DNA of 64,000 bases from the human T2T-CHM13v2.0 reference genome, Homo sapiens, in the NCBI RefSeq assembly GCF_009914755.1, contig NC_060938.1. One strand, 5' to 3'. This document shows, piece after piece, positions 63,380 to 64,000 of this stretch. The notes under the pieces are model-generated. The model saw only the letters and a list, made by a program, of their open reading frames with translations, did no database searches and was not told the origin of the DNA. Numbering within the stretch: the stretch's first letter is position 1; each line of letters begins with the position of its first letter. Both the position numbers and the translations under genes were made by a program.

Positions 63380-64000
63380 GATAATCCCTTTTCACATGTA
63401 TAGTTTGCAGATGTTTTCTTCTGTTTTTTTAGGTCGTCTCTTTAATTTCTTGGTTGTTGCCTTTGCTGTGCAGAAATGTTTTGGCTTCAGGTAATTCCAT
63501 TTGTCAATCAATGTTTGCTTTGGTTTTCTGTGCTTTTGAGGTCTTACTCAAAAAATGTTTGTCCAGATCAAAGTCCTGAAAAATGTTCCCAATGTTTCTT
63601 CTAGTAGTTTCATAGTTTCAGGGCTCACATTTTAGCCTTTAACCAATTTTGATTTGATTTTTCTTACATGATGAGAAATAAGGGTCTAGTTTCATTCTTC
63701 TTTGTATAGGTATCCATGTTTTTTCAGCACTGTTATTTGATGAGACTGTCCTTTCCCCAGTGTATGTTCTTGGTGCCTTTGTTAAAAAGAAGTTGGCTGT
63801 AAATACATGTCTTTATTTCTGAAGGGTTCTCTACTCTGTTCCATTGGTCTATGTGTCTGTTTTTATGCCAGTACCATGCTATTTTGGCTACTAGAGCTTT
63901 GAGGTATAACTTGAAGTCAGGTAATGTGATACCCCCAGCTTTGTTATTTTTGCTGTATATTGTTATGAGGAACTCAGAAAGTTCAATGGCAAAAACCCAA
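63380..64000 (+). mobile_element. L1 (L1MA/PB-like) with 5' inversion, continuing beyond the window
   Basis: 63380-63955 is ORF2 in minus orientation; 63962-64000 'tatgaggaactcagaaagttcaatggcaaaaa' is the adjacent ORF2 segment in plus orientation. Confidence 0.75.

Overview
This is repeat-rich, AT-rich primate (most likely human or great-ape) non-coding genomic DNA, based on AluJ/S/Y, HERV-H/LTR7, THE1, MST, MLT, L1, L2, MIR and MER elements. I find no intact cellular protein-coding gene, rRNA, tRNA or CRISPR array. Recognisable ORFs are decayed retroviral or L1 fragments. The main structure is an old minus-strand ERV-L provirus (MLT2 LTRs, 7879-17965; gag, RT, RNase H, IN and dUTPase remnants) with a co-oriented HERV-H inserted at its gag start. 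A later deletion removed the HERV-H 5' LTR/PBS, the ERV-L leader and most of an MST LTR, leaving two potential LTR-swapped chimeric units. Other signals read from the sequence are a 72-bp micro-inversion that flipped an Alu's poly-A tail and TSD, a 37-bp likely templated insertion inside a TA repeat, a 116-bp hairpin, two canonical REST/RE1 sites, a CTCF motif, a MADE1 MITE and a twin-primed L1. Family names come from remembered consensus sequences, not a database search, so subfamily calls and old-element boundaries are approximate. No new biological system is demonstrated; functional ideas are marked as inference.
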